From positions 1-64,000 of the IMG/VR virus record IMGVR_UViG_2784746770_000001: 64,000 nucleotides of DNA; one strand, 5' to 3'. Source of the DNA: a virus (Duplodnaviria > Caudoviricetes). Below the pieces are notes generated by a model. That model made no database searches and was not told where the DNA came from. It saw nothing but the letters and a program-made list of their open reading frames with translations. How positions within the stretch are numbered: position 1 is the stretch's first letter; every line of letters begins with the position of its first letter. Of this stretch, positions 1-8,805 are shown piece by piece. The translations under genes were made by a program, and so were the position numbers.

Positions 1-111
1 GGGGTCGGCGTCGAGGTCGAGTCCGCCTTCCTCGTCGTCGGCGTGGACGGTGAGGTGCATGTGCGGGCCCTCGACCCAGGTCAGGTGGGCGCGGCGCGGC
101 GCGGCAGGCAT
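1..111 (-). CDS. 5' end of a hypothetical protein running off the window (MPAAPRRAHLTWVEGPHMHLTVHADDEEGG...)
   Basis: ATG at 111-109 preceded by GAAGGGA; frame open to the window edge with GC-rich third positions. Confidence 0.55.
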   Translation of the reverse strand, partial: MPAAPRRAHLTWVEGPHMHLTVHADDEEGGLDLDADP

Positions 112-381
112 GGTGATTCCCTTCGTGACGGTACGGGCGTGCTCCGTACCCGCGTAAGCGGGAAGCAGCCAGCCTCGGGGCGCGAGGCCGGCCCGAGCCG
201 CATCCCCCGTCGCCGGGGTCCAAGCGGAAGGCGATGCCTCGGCCGTCCGCAGCTACCACGCTACCGCCTGAAGGCGGTTGATCGCCTTCGTTGTACCGGC
301 CGGAGTTCGACCGCTGCTGCCACCTGACGAACTGTGGTTGTGTAGGTAGGCTCGTAGCGCCCTACGGGTACAGATGCACGA

Positions 382-428
382 AGCGGCCCGGCTTCCCCCT
401 CATACGCCGTGGGGGAAGCCGGGCCGCT
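382..428 (-). terminator. 18-bp perfect stem-loop, probable terminator of the Xre-DUF397 operon
   Basis: AGCGGCCCGGCTTCCCCC / GGGGGAAGCCGGGCCGCT immediately downstream of the DUF397 stop. Confidence 0.7.
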
Positions 429-443
429 CGGCTATACGTTCGT

Positions 444-665
444 TCAGGCGGAGAAGGCACCCGCCGCGACGCCGGCCACGAATGCGGACCAGGCGGCCGA
501 CGAGCTCTCGAATGCCGGACCGTTGTCCTGCTTCGAGTCGCGGGTGCCGATGGTGCCGCGCTCGGTGAGGTCGGCGACCGACACGCAGTTGTTGCCGCTG
601 TCACCGCTGTAGGAGGACTTGAACCATGCGCGCTCGGGGGCGAGGTCCAGGGAGTTGAGGGCCAT
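444..665 (-). CDS. DUF397 family small protein
   Basis: WFKSSYSG..NNCVSVA...RDSK...W.AFV signature; directly downstream of an Xre gene. Confidence 0.93.
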   Translation of the reverse strand: MALNSLDLAPERAWFKSSYSGDSGNNCVSVADLTERGTIGTRDSKQDNGPAFESSSAAWSAFVAGVAAGAFSA

Positions 666-668
666 GTC

Positions 669-1532
669 TCAGATCTCTCGGGCTAGTTGTTGCAGGAAGT
701 TCGGTGTCTCCGTCTTCGGGCGAGCACCATCCCGCAAGGCTTCGAACCTGCGGGAAAACTGCCAGATGTCCGTCTGCTTGTCCGTGATGCTCGATCCGCC
801 GTCGATGGTGTCCATCTGGGTCACGACCGGCAGCGGTTCGGGGAACTCCATCAAGGTGAAGTCGTAGGCGCAGCGATAGGTCGCCTCCTTCGACGGCAGA
901 ATCTGGATGGCGACGTTCGGAAGCTCGTTCAGCCGGTTGATCTCGTCGTACTGCCCCAGCATCACGTCTCGGTCGCCCACCATGTTGCGAAGGGCGGCTT
1001 CGGCGAGGATCACCCGCAGCTCCAGGGGGTCCTCTCGGGTGAGTACCTGCTTGCGCTGCATCCTCACCTCCGCGCCCCCTTCCACCGACTCGGTGTTCTT
1101 CTCGTCGACCGGCTTCGCGACCGCGAGCTGGGCGCGGGCGTACTCCTTGGTCTGGAGCAGTCCGAAGACGAAGTGTGGCTGCCAGGCCCGTATGGCCTTG
1201 GCGCCGTCTTCGAGGCCGACGTAGAAGGCCATGCCCGACGGCATGATCCGTGAGTAGGGAGACCACCAGCCTCGATGGAGGCTCCCCTTGTGCATGTCCA
1301 GCAGGAAGTCGACGTCGGCCTTGTCGGTGATCTCAAGGCGTTCGAGGACCGCGATCAAGTCGGAGTTCTTGCGGAACGCCGATGTCCCGTTCGCCACGCG
1401 GCGGTACTGGGACTCGGAGATTCCCAGCCCGTCGATAATCTGTTCGACCGTCATTCCGCGCTGCTTGCGCAAGGTCTCAAGCTCCATGCCGAGCCGCATG
1501 CGCCGGACTGTCGGTCCGGTGGGAGCCGCCAC
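669..1532 (-). CDS. Xre-family HTH regulator with DUF5753-type C-terminal domain (WhiJ-like)
   Basis: PTVRRMRLGMELETLR N-terminus, GWW, GLLQTKEYARA, LAEAAL, VM.GQ motifs; GTG at 1532 with GGAGGA RBS preferred over the ORF-track start. Confidence 0.92.
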   Translation of the reverse strand: MAAPTGPTVRRMRLGMELETLRKQRGMTVEQIIDGLGISESQYRRVANGTSAFRKNSDLIAVLERLEITDKADVDFLLDMHKGSLHRGWWSPYSRIMPSGMAFYVGLEDGAKAIRAWQPHFVFGLLQTKEYARAQLAVAKPVDEKNTESVEGGAEVRMQRKQVLTREDPLELRVILAEAALRNMVGDRDVMLGQYDEINRLNELPNVAIQILPSKEATYRCAYDFTLMEFPEPLPVVTQMDTIDGGSSITDKQTDIWQFSRRFEALRDGARPKTETPNFLQQLAREI

Positions 1533-1682
1533 GTGCCGTCCTCCAGAGTCAGTTGCAGCAGTTTCACCCCCGAGTTCGGCGAACTCAGGTGGGAGTCCAC
1601 CGGTTTGGGGTGAGAGCCCCGAGTGTTTCACCTTGAGTCCCTCCTGCAAAGTCCGCGGCAAGGCATCCGGCATATGCCAATT

Positions 1683-1701
1683 CATGTGGAACTTCCACAT
1701 G
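1683..1701. promoter_or_regulatory. Palindromic operator candidate in the divergent promoter region
   Basis: CATGTGGAA-C-TTCCACATG in a relatively AT-rich stretch between divergent genes. Confidence 0.45.
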
Positions 1702-1882
1702 GGGTTGCACATGAACTGTCGCATGGAGGACCGTAGTTCTGCCACGGAAACCGCAGCAGTCGTAACGGGCGGTGACCAGCCGGTCGACGACGTTGGCCAG
1801 CCTGACAGCCGTGGTTACCCCGGGTTCGCGCCGTACCGGAGTAACCACGGCCCTCCCCTCCCCCGACTTGCCGAGGCAGATC

Positions 1883-2326
1883 ATGACGACGAGCCAGAGC
1901 CCCACCCCTGTCGTCCCGATGGGCGACGAGGCCCGCTCCTACTGGGCTAAGAAGGGGCTGGAGCGGTTACGCGAGACCCTGAACGCCGACGCCATCATCG
2001 GCAACACGGTGCGGGTGGTCCTGTACGTGAAGACCCTGCCCGGCGAGGACCCCACGCCGCACTTCAAGCAGCTGCGGGCCAAGGCCGTCGGACGCGGGTG
2101 GCGCGTGCACAGCGAGATCCACGACGACACCGGCAAGGTCCAGCCCGCCGACAGCCCGGCGTGGAACGACCTGATGCAGACACTGATCGGCGGCACTGCC
2201 CAGGGCGTACTGGCTCCCACCTTTCAGCACATCAGCTTGGACCATGCGTGCTACAGGGACGCGCTCTACGCGATCGCCGAGCACAGGTGCTTCACCTCGC
2301 TGCTCATCCCGGAGCCCTCGACTTGA
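1883..2326 (+). CDS. Resolvase/serine-recombinase catalytic-fold-like protein, probably inactive
   Basis: VVLYVKT...QLRA.A..RGW.V..EIHDD.G...PAWNDLM..L..G.AQGVL pattern resembles a resolvase N-domain, but YxRVS is replaced by YVKTL; in-frame TTA at 1967. Confidence 0.6.
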   Translation: MTTSQSPTPVVPMGDEARSYWAKKGLERLRETLNADAIIGNTVRVVLYVKTLPGEDPTPHFKQLRAKAVGRGWRVHSEIHDDTGKVQPADSPAWNDLMQTLIGGTAQGVLAPTFQHISLDHACYRDALYAIAEHRCFTSLLIPEPST

Positions 2327-2463
2327 AGGGCACCCGCCCGCTGGCTCGACGACCGAGGCGTGGGATGGCGGCAGATCACCGGCCAGCTCCTCTTCATCGT
2401 CCTCGTCAGCGGGCTCGTGGTCACGCTCGCTTGGTACGGAACGAACTCGTGAAGGAGAACTCG

Positions 2464-2658
2464 ATGAGCGCGCTCGACAGGCGCACGCCCGGCCGGGCCC
2501 TGGCCGCGATCGTCCCCGAACCCCGGCCGCCGGCCGAGGAGAACTTCTTCGGCGCACGGCTGGGCGACACCTTCGAGCGGCGCTTCGACCCTGCCCGCCT
2601 CCACCGCCGCGGCACTGGCACCTCCCCCGACGGCCGCGAGCAGGAGGCCACCTCGTGA
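2464..2658 (+). CDS. Small hypothetical protein (64 aa)
   Basis: ATG preceded by AAGGAG; stop overlaps the next GTG start (GTGA). Confidence 0.55.
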   Translation: MSALDRRTPGRALAAIVPEPRPPAEENFFGARLGDTFERRFDPARLHRRGTGTSPDGREQEATS

Positions 2659-3254
2659 CCATCGCCCCCCTCCAGCACCGGTCCGCCGCCTTCTGGGACG
2701 ACATCTACGCGCCCGCCAGTGCGACCTTCGAGCCGATCCCGGTGAACGAGATCCGCCTTCTCCGGGACCGCGCTGGCGCTGCTCTTGGGCAGGCCGCCCT
2801 GGACGTCGGTACCGGACTCGGCGAGTGGGCGTGCCAGATGGCGCAGGTCGGGATGCGCGTCACCGGCTATGACTACTCTCCCGTTGCGATCGAGCGCGCC
2901 CGTGAGCTCCACGGCAGCCACGGGGCCGCACTCCGCTTCGAGGTCCACGACTTCGACGCCGACGCGATACCCCGCCATCTCCAGACCGGCGCCATCGATC
3001 TGGTGTCCTGCCGTCACACGCTCCAGTTCCTGGAGATCCCGCGCTTCATCGCTGATGTCCGTCGGTGGCTGCATGAGGACGGCGTCCTGCATGTCACCAC
3101 GGCGGTCACCGAGAAGATGCGCGACGGACGGAAGGTCGGCATGCCGGAGGACCAGGTCCGCGCCCTCGCTCAGGGCTGGCGCGAGCATGACCGGCGCGAC
3201 CTCGTCCCCGACGGCTCCATTACGGCCGTGGTCCTCCGGGGCCCCTGGGGCTGA
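2655..3254 (+). CDS. Class I SAM-dependent methyltransferase
   Basis: ALDVGTGLG motif I, VTGYDYSPVAI motif II, DLVSCR; GGAGG RBS. Confidence 0.88.
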   Translation: MTIAPLQHRSAAFWDDIYAPASATFEPIPVNEIRLLRDRAGAALGQAALDVGTGLGEWACQMAQVGMRVTGYDYSPVAIERARELHGSHGAALRFEVHDFDADAIPRHLQTGAIDLVSCRHTLQFLEIPRFIADVRRWLHEDGVLHVTTAVTEKMRDGRKVGMPEDQVRALAQGWREHDRRDLVPDGSITAVVLRGPWG

Positions 3255-3505
3255 CGCGAAGCTCGCTCCCGGCCTGTGTTGAGCCCAACGCCTCCCCGCG
3301 AGCCACAGGCCGGGAGCGGTACCACCTCCCGGCACGAACTACCACGTCAGCCGTGTTTTTCCTTGGTGTCCGCGGCGTAAGACGGAGTGCCGAAGTTCGT
3401 GCCGGGAGCCCCCGTCCCCTCGCGTACGACAGAACTCCACATCCGTTGCCCATGCACCCCTCCGCATCGCAGGAGTGTTCGGCAATCGATCCCACGAAGG
3501 GCCCC

Positions 3506-3985
3506 ATGAAGACCTCCAACGCCATCCTCGCCGTCGCCGCCGTAGCGGCCACCAGCATCTGGCGTGCTGAGCGCCGGCACCACCAGCAGCTCAAGCTCGT
3601 CAAGCATCAGCACGAGCAGCGGATTCGCCTCGACACCGCTGCGCTCCATCAGCAGCTGCTCGAAGCCATCGCGACCGACCCCAAGCACTGGGAGATCTGG
3701 ACCTCCGGCGACCGGTCCCCTGAGCGGCTCAGCGAGCTGGTGAGGGTCAACCGTCAGGTCAGCTTCACCCAGCTCAAGTTCGAGCTGGGCCTGCTCGACC
3801 TGGACGAGCTGTACGTACAGGTCCGCAGCCTGATGAAGCGGGACGCGGTCCGGAGCTTCTGGAACGAAACCCGAGAGTTCCGGTCTGAGGAGTCGCGCGA
3901 CGACAAGAGCCGCGTGTTCGTCTCGGTCCTCGACCGCGAGTGCTCTGCCGCGTCCCTCAACTCCGCCGAGAGCGCCCCCGCCTAG
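3506..3985 (+). CDS. DUF6082-like hypothetical protein
   Basis: N-terminal hydrophobic stretch, H..LL..AI.DP...W, N......F.LG, R.FW...R pattern. Confidence 0.65.
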   Translation: MKTSNAILAVAAVAATSIWRAERRHHQQLKLVKHQHEQRIRLDTAALHQQLLEAIATDPKHWEIWTSGDRSPERLSELVRVNRQVSFTQLKFELGLLDLDELYVQVRSLMKRDAVRSFWNETREFRSEESRDDKSRVFVSVLDRECSAASLNSAESAPA

Positions 3986-4157
3986 AACCGCCCCCCGCCC
4001 GGCTGCCAGGCCGGGCTGAGAGAGCTTCCCGTCGCGGCTTCGCGTCGGGTTGGCCAGAACCTGGTCGACGGCATCAGCCTCCCGGCTACGCTCCGTCCGC
4101 CAGGCTGCTGGCAGCGTCACAAAGTCCGCAACACCCAACAGATCACGAGGAGTTGTC

Positions 4158-4331
4158 ATGACGCGCAACGTCGCACAGAGCACCACCCAGGTCCAGGAGC
4201 CCGCGCCCCAGGAGGACGGGTTCACCCTGAACGTCGGCCTGCTGGAGGTCTCCGACGCGGCCGGGCTGACCAACCTGACCGACGACGGCTGCGGCTCCAC
4301 CTGCGGCGCCTGCACCACCAACGTCGCCTGA
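4158..4331 (+). CDS. fxlA: FxLD-family lanthipeptide precursor (57 aa)
   Basis: Leader DGFTLNVGLLE (FxLN variant) and core TDDGCGSTCGACTTNVA; GAGGAG RBS; upstream of LanB. Confidence 0.93.
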   Translation: MTRNVAQSTTQVQEPAPQEDGFTLNVGLLEVSDAAGLTNLTDDGCGSTCGACTTNVA

Positions 4332-4355
4332 TCCAAGGCCGTCCGGCCTGAACCT

Positions 4356-4394
4356 GGCCGGTGCCGCCACGCCGATGGCGTGGCGGCACCGGCC
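4356..4394 (+). terminator. 18-bp stem-loop between precursor and lanB (attenuator or mRNA-stabilising hairpin)
   Basis: GGCCGGTGCCGCCACGCC-GAT-GGCGTGGCGGCACCGGCC. Confidence 0.65.
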
Positions 4395-4431
4395 GCCCTC
4401 TCCCCCTCCCGTCCGGCTCCAGGAGGCATCC

Positions 4432-7400
4432 GTGACTGCACCACCGGCGTTCCGGGCCGGCACGACCGCTCTCGTTCGCGCCGTTGCGCGTCCGGGCATG
4501 GCCGGGCTTCCCTTCCCGGACTTCGACGACCGCTCCTTCTCCGCCGCCGAGCGGGACGAGACCACCGCTGACCGCGTTGCCTGGGTGCGCGCGGTCTGGA
4601 GCGACCCCGCTCTGGCCGAGGCCGTACGACACGCCAGCCCGGACCTGGGATCCCAAATCGAGACACTGTGCGCGTCCGCCGCACCCCCCGCGCGTGACGT
4701 ACGGCGTATCGGGCTCTCCCTGACCCGGTACCTCCTTCGTGCCGGTTGCCGGGCCACCCCGTTCGGCCTGTTCGCCGGCGTCGCCACCGCTGCCTTCGGC
4801 GATCGGACGGACGTCACCTGGGGACAGGACCATGTGGTCGTCGCGCGGGCCAGTGCCGAGTGGCTGTCCAAGCTCGTTGAGCAGCTGGAGAAGAGCGGGG
4901 AGTTACTGCCGCTGCTGTCCGTTGCCGTCAACAGCACGGCCTTCGTACGGGACGGCCACCTGATCGTCCCGTACCAGGACGACGGACGGCCCGGACAGCG
5001 CAGAGCCGTGGAGGCCTCCGTCGAGCTGTCGACTCCGGTACGCAGCGTCCTCGCCGCGGCGGGCGCGCCGATCCGGTTCGAGGACCTGGGCGCGGAGCTG
5101 TCGTCGGAGTTCCCCGCCGTTCCGCCCGAGCGGGTACACGGGCTGCTGGCAGGGCTGATCCGCCGGCGCGTGCTCCTCACGAACCTCCAGGCGCCGGCCA
5201 CCGAGACCGATGCTCTCGGGTACGTCCTCGCGCAGCTCGACACGATACAAGCCGATACCCTCGCGCCGCTGGCCCGGACGATCCAGGACCTCCACGCCGT
5301 CCACACGGGCCTGCGGCAGTGCGACTCTGCCGGCGACCGCGAGGCGGTGGCCGCCCTGATGCGGGAGCTGGTGCCGGGCCTTCGCCGTCACCCCCTGGCG
5401 CTCGACCTCCGCCTCGATGCGCACCTCCGGCTCCCGAACGAGGTGGCGCGCGAAGTCGAGCGTGCCGCGACCGTGCTCACGCGGCTCAGCGCCCGCCCGT
5501 ACGGGACCCGCGGGTGGGGGGAGTATCACCAGCGGTTCTACGAGCGCTACGGCATCGGCACGATGGTGCCCCTGCTCGACGTCGTCGCCGACAGCGGGAT
5601 CGGCTACCCCGACGGCTACCCCGGGGCCCCGGCGGGCGCCCGCCGGCGACGTGTCTCTCCCCGCGACGACGTGCTGGTCCGGCTCGCCCAGGCCGCCGCG
5701 CTCGACGGCCACGACGAGGTGGTGCTCACCGACGAGATGATCGCCGCCCTGGACGTCGGGCCCGAGGAACCGAGGGTGCCACCGCACCTGGAGATCGGCG
5801 TGCGGCTGCACGCCACGAGCATCGAGGAGGCGCGGCGCGGCCGGTTCACCGTGGAGGTCGCGAGCGTGTCCCGTGGCGTCGGGGTGAGCACCGGCCGCTT
5901 CGCCAGCGTCCTGGGCCCCGCCGCGCGTGAAGCGCTGTGCGCGGAGCTGGCCGACCTGCCCACAGCCGACGCCGGTACCGACCCCGCCCAGCTCTCCTTC
6001 CCCCCGCTTCTGCCCGACACCGCGCACGTCACCCGAACCCCTCGTGTCCTGCCGCTCCTCATCAGCTTGCAGGAGCACCGGCCGCCGGCCGCCACCGTGC
6101 TCACCCCGGCCGATCTCGCGGTGGCCTGCGACGGCCGCCGGATGTACCTGGCCGCACCGGGTCTCGGCCGCCGCATCGAGGCCGTAGGTATGCACGCGTT
6201 GAACCTCACCGAACACACTCCGCCGCTGGCCCGTCTGCTCACGGAGCTCTCCCGCGCCCAGTGTTCCCAGGTGACGGTCTTCGACTGGGGTGCCGCCGCG
6301 GCGATGCCGTTCCTCCCGCGCCTGCGCTACGGCCGTACCGTGCTCGCCCCGGCCCGCTGGCGGCTGGACGCCTCCGACCTGCCCGGCCGGGACCGTCCCG
6401 CCGCAGAATGGAGCCTCGCCCTGTCCGGGTGGCGCAACCGCCGACGCTTGCCCCAGCACGTGCAGCTCGTCGAAGACGACCGGCTGCTCCCCCTCGACCT
6501 CGCCCAGGCCGCCCACCGGAGCCTGCTACGCCAGCACCTCGACCGCACCCCCTCCGCGGTGCTCACCGAGGCGCCCCGGCCGGAGGCGTACGGCTGGAGC
6601 CAGGGCCGCGCGCACGACATCGTCGTCCCCCTCAAGGCGACCGGGCGCCCCGCGTGGCCGCCGCTGCCCCAGCCGACCCCGGCCCGCACGCTCTCGCAGG
6701 AGCAGATGCAGACGCCGGCCGCGTCCTCGGTGCTGCTGGCCGCTCTGTACGGGGACCAGCGCCGCCAGGACGCCGTGCTGACCCGGCACGTCCCCGACCT
6801 CATCCGCCGGCTCGGTGCTCCGCCGTGGTGGTTCATCAGGTTCCGCGACCCCGGCCAGCACCTTCGCCTGCGCCTCGCGTTGACGGACCCGGACGACTTC
6901 GCCGACACCGCCCACACGGTGAGCGCGTGGGCCGACGAACTGCGCGCCGCCGGGCTGCTGACGGACCTGCGGTACCCCACCTCCTACCGGGAGATGGGCC
7001 GCTGGGGCTCCGGGCCCGCGTGGGACGCCGCCGAGACGGTGTTCCGGGCGGACTCGCGCGCCGTCGTCGCCCAGCTTGCCCAGCCGCGGCGCCCGCAGCA
7101 GCGCACGCTGGTGGCCGCGCACACGCTCGCGATCGCCTCGGCGTTCCTCGGCAGCGCGGAGGCCGGTACGCGCTGGCTGATCGACCACATCCCTCACCAG
7201 CCGCCCGGGGCGATCCCCCGGCCGCAGTTCGCGGAAGCCGTGCGCCTGGCCGATCCGCGCGACGACTGGGCAGCGCTGCGTGCGGCCCCCGGCGGCGAGG
7301 CGATCGTGACGGCGTGGGCCGACCGCGCCTTTGCCCTCGCCGCGTACCGAAAGCACCTCCCGGGCCCGGACACCGCGGGCATCGCCGTGGACGACGTCCT

Positions 7401-7527
7401 GACCTCCCTGCTGCACACCCACTTCGTGAGGAGCGTCGCGGTGAACTTCCCCGAGGAGGAGATGTGTCTCCACCTCGCCCGCGCCGCCGCCCTGGCCTTC
7501 CGCGCCCGCTCCGGGAGGACGCAGTGA
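4432..7527 (+). CDS. lanB: Class I lanthipeptide dehydratase
   Basis: RYLLRA..RATPFGLFAG, FLPRLRYG...LAPARW, EDDRLLPLDL, WWFIRFRDP..HLRLR, YRE..RWG; AGGAGG RBS; in-frame TTA at 4903. Confidence 0.95.
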   Translation: MTAPPAFRAGTTALVRAVARPGMAGLPFPDFDDRSFSAAERDETTADRVAWVRAVWSDPALAEAVRHASPDLGSQIETLCASAAPPARDVRRIGLSLTRYLLRAGCRATPFGLFAGVATAAFGDRTDVTWGQDHVVVARASAEWLSKLVEQLEKSGELLPLLSVAVNSTAFVRDGHLIVPYQDDGRPGQRRAVEASVELSTPVRSVLAAAGAPIRFEDLGAELSSEFPAVPPERVHGLLAGLIRRRVLLTNLQAPATETDALGYVLAQLDTIQADTLAPLARTIQDLHAVHTGLRQCDSAGDREAVAALMRELVPGLRRHPLALDLRLDAHLRLPNEVAREVERAATVLTRLSARPYGTRGWGEYHQRFYERYGIGTMVPLLDVVADSGIGYPDGYPGAPAGARRRRVSPRDDVLVRLAQAAALDGHDEVVLTDEMIAALDVGPEEPRVPPHLEIGVRLHATSIEEARRGRFTVEVASVSRGVGVSTGRFASVLGPAAREALCAELADLPTADAGTDPAQLSFPPLLPDTAHVTRTPRVLPLLISLQEHRPPAATVLTPADLAVACDGRRMYLAAPGLGRRIEAVGMHALNLTEHTPPLARLLTELSRAQCSQVTVFDWGAAAAMPFLPRLRYGRTVLAPARWRLDASDLPGRDRPAAEWSLALSGWRNRRRLPQHVQLVEDDRLLPLDLAQAAHRSLLRQHLDRTPSAVLTEAPRPEAYGWSQGRAHDIVVPLKATGRPAWPPLPQPTPARTLSQEQMQTPAASSVLLAALYGDQRRQDAVLTRHVPDLIRRLGAPPWWFIRFRDPGQHLRLRLALTDPDDFADTAHTVSAWADELRAAGLLTDLRYPTSYREMGRWGSGPAWDAAETVFRADSRAVVAQLAQPRRPQQRTLVAAHTLAIASAFLGSAEAGTRWLIDHIPHQPPGAIPRPQFAEAVRLADPRDDWAALRAAPGGEAIVTAWADRAFALAAYRKHLPGPDTAGIAVDDVLTSLLHTHFVRSVAVNFPEEEMCLHLARAAALAFRARSGRTQ

Positions 7528-8789
7528 ACGACGCCGCCCTCGCCGTGTCCGCGCACGTCGCGGAACTCCTCGCCCACCCCGACGCCACCTCCGCCACGAT
7601 GACCGCCGACGGCACTCGGCAGCATCTGGCTCTCGGACCGATCGGCGTCGCCCTGCTGCACATCGAGCGGGCTGCGGCCGGCCTCGGCCCCTGGCAGCGC
7701 GCCCACGAGTGGCTCGCGGCCGCCGCCCGTCGGCCGTTCACCAGCGGAGCCGACAGCCACCCCTTCTACGGCGCCCCCGCACTCGCCTACGTCCTGGCCT
7801 GCGCCGCCGCAGGACGCCCCGGCGCCTACCAGCGCGACCTCGACCTGCTCGACCGGCAGGTGCTCAGCGACGTACGCCGCCGCCTGGACGCCGCGCACCG
7901 CAGGATCGACAGCGGGCAACTCCCGGCGCTCGCCGAGTTCGACGCGATCCGGGGGCTGGCCGGCTTCGGCGGCTACCTCCTGCGCCGTGACCCGACAGGC
8001 CCGGCCCTGCGGGCGGTCCTCGACTACTGCGTGCGCCTGGTAGAACCGATCGCCCACGACGGGGACATGCTCCCGGGGTGGTGGACGCTCACCGGGCCCT
8101 CCGGGCGAATGGACGACCGCTTCCCCGGCGGCCACAGCAACACGGGCATGGCCCACGGCATCTGCTCCGTCCTGGCGCTGCTGGCGCTCTCCGCCCGGCG
8201 CGGCACCACCGTGACCGGTCACCACGAGGCCATCCGCACCATCCTCGCCTGGCTCGACCGCTGGGAGACGACCACCACAGGCGGCCGGACGTGGCCGTAC
8301 TGGGTCACCCGCAACGAGCTCCGCACCGGTCGGCTCGCGCCCGCCGCACCTCGGCGCCCGTCCTGGTGCTACGGCACCGCGGGCCTAGCGCGCGCCCAGC
8401 AGCTCGCCGCTCTCGCTCTCGGCGAGCCCGCCCGGCAGACAGCCGCCGAGAACGCCCTCCTGGACGCTCTCACCGACCCGGCCCAACTGCGCGCCACCAC
8501 CGACACCGGCCTTTGCCACGGCTTCGCCGGGCTCGTCCACCTCGCCACCCGTACCGCCGCCGACGCCTCCCCCGAGACCGCACAACAGCTCCGTGCCGTC
8601 CAGCCGTCCCTGCTCTCCACGCTGCTACCGCCGGAAACTGCACCCGAAGAAGCCAGCGCCGCGCTCGTGGACAGCTCCGCGGGCCCCGGTCTCCTGGACG
8701 GCGCCGCAGGCACCGCACTGGGGCTCCTCGCCACCTCCAGCGCCGGCCCGCCGCGCACCGCCTGGGACGCCTTCCTGCTCATCGCCTGA
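7524..8789 (+). CDS. lanC: Lanthionine cyclase
   Basis: EFDAIRGLAG, GMAHG, WCYG, GLCHG and GLLDG motifs; GTGA overlap with lanB. Confidence 0.95.
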   Translation: MNDAALAVSAHVAELLAHPDATSATMTADGTRQHLALGPIGVALLHIERAAAGLGPWQRAHEWLAAAARRPFTSGADSHPFYGAPALAYVLACAAAGRPGAYQRDLDLLDRQVLSDVRRRLDAAHRRIDSGQLPALAEFDAIRGLAGFGGYLLRRDPTGPALRAVLDYCVRLVEPIAHDGDMLPGWWTLTGPSGRMDDRFPGGHSNTGMAHGICSVLALLALSARRGTTVTGHHEAIRTILAWLDRWETTTTGGRTWPYWVTRNELRTGRLAPAAPRRPSWCYGTAGLARAQQLAALALGEPARQTAAENALLDALTDPAQLRATTDTGLCHGFAGLVHLATRTAADASPETAQQLRAVQPSLLSTLLPPETAPEEASAALVDSSAGPGLLDGAAGTALGLLATSSAGPPRTAWDAFLLIA

Positions 8790-8805
8790 CCCGAGAGGAC
8801 CCCGG

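Noticed and set aside
1533-1745. N-terminal extension of the Xre ORF in the ORF track
   Set aside because: Family similarity and a good RBS begin at GTG 1532; the upstream part looks like promoter DNA
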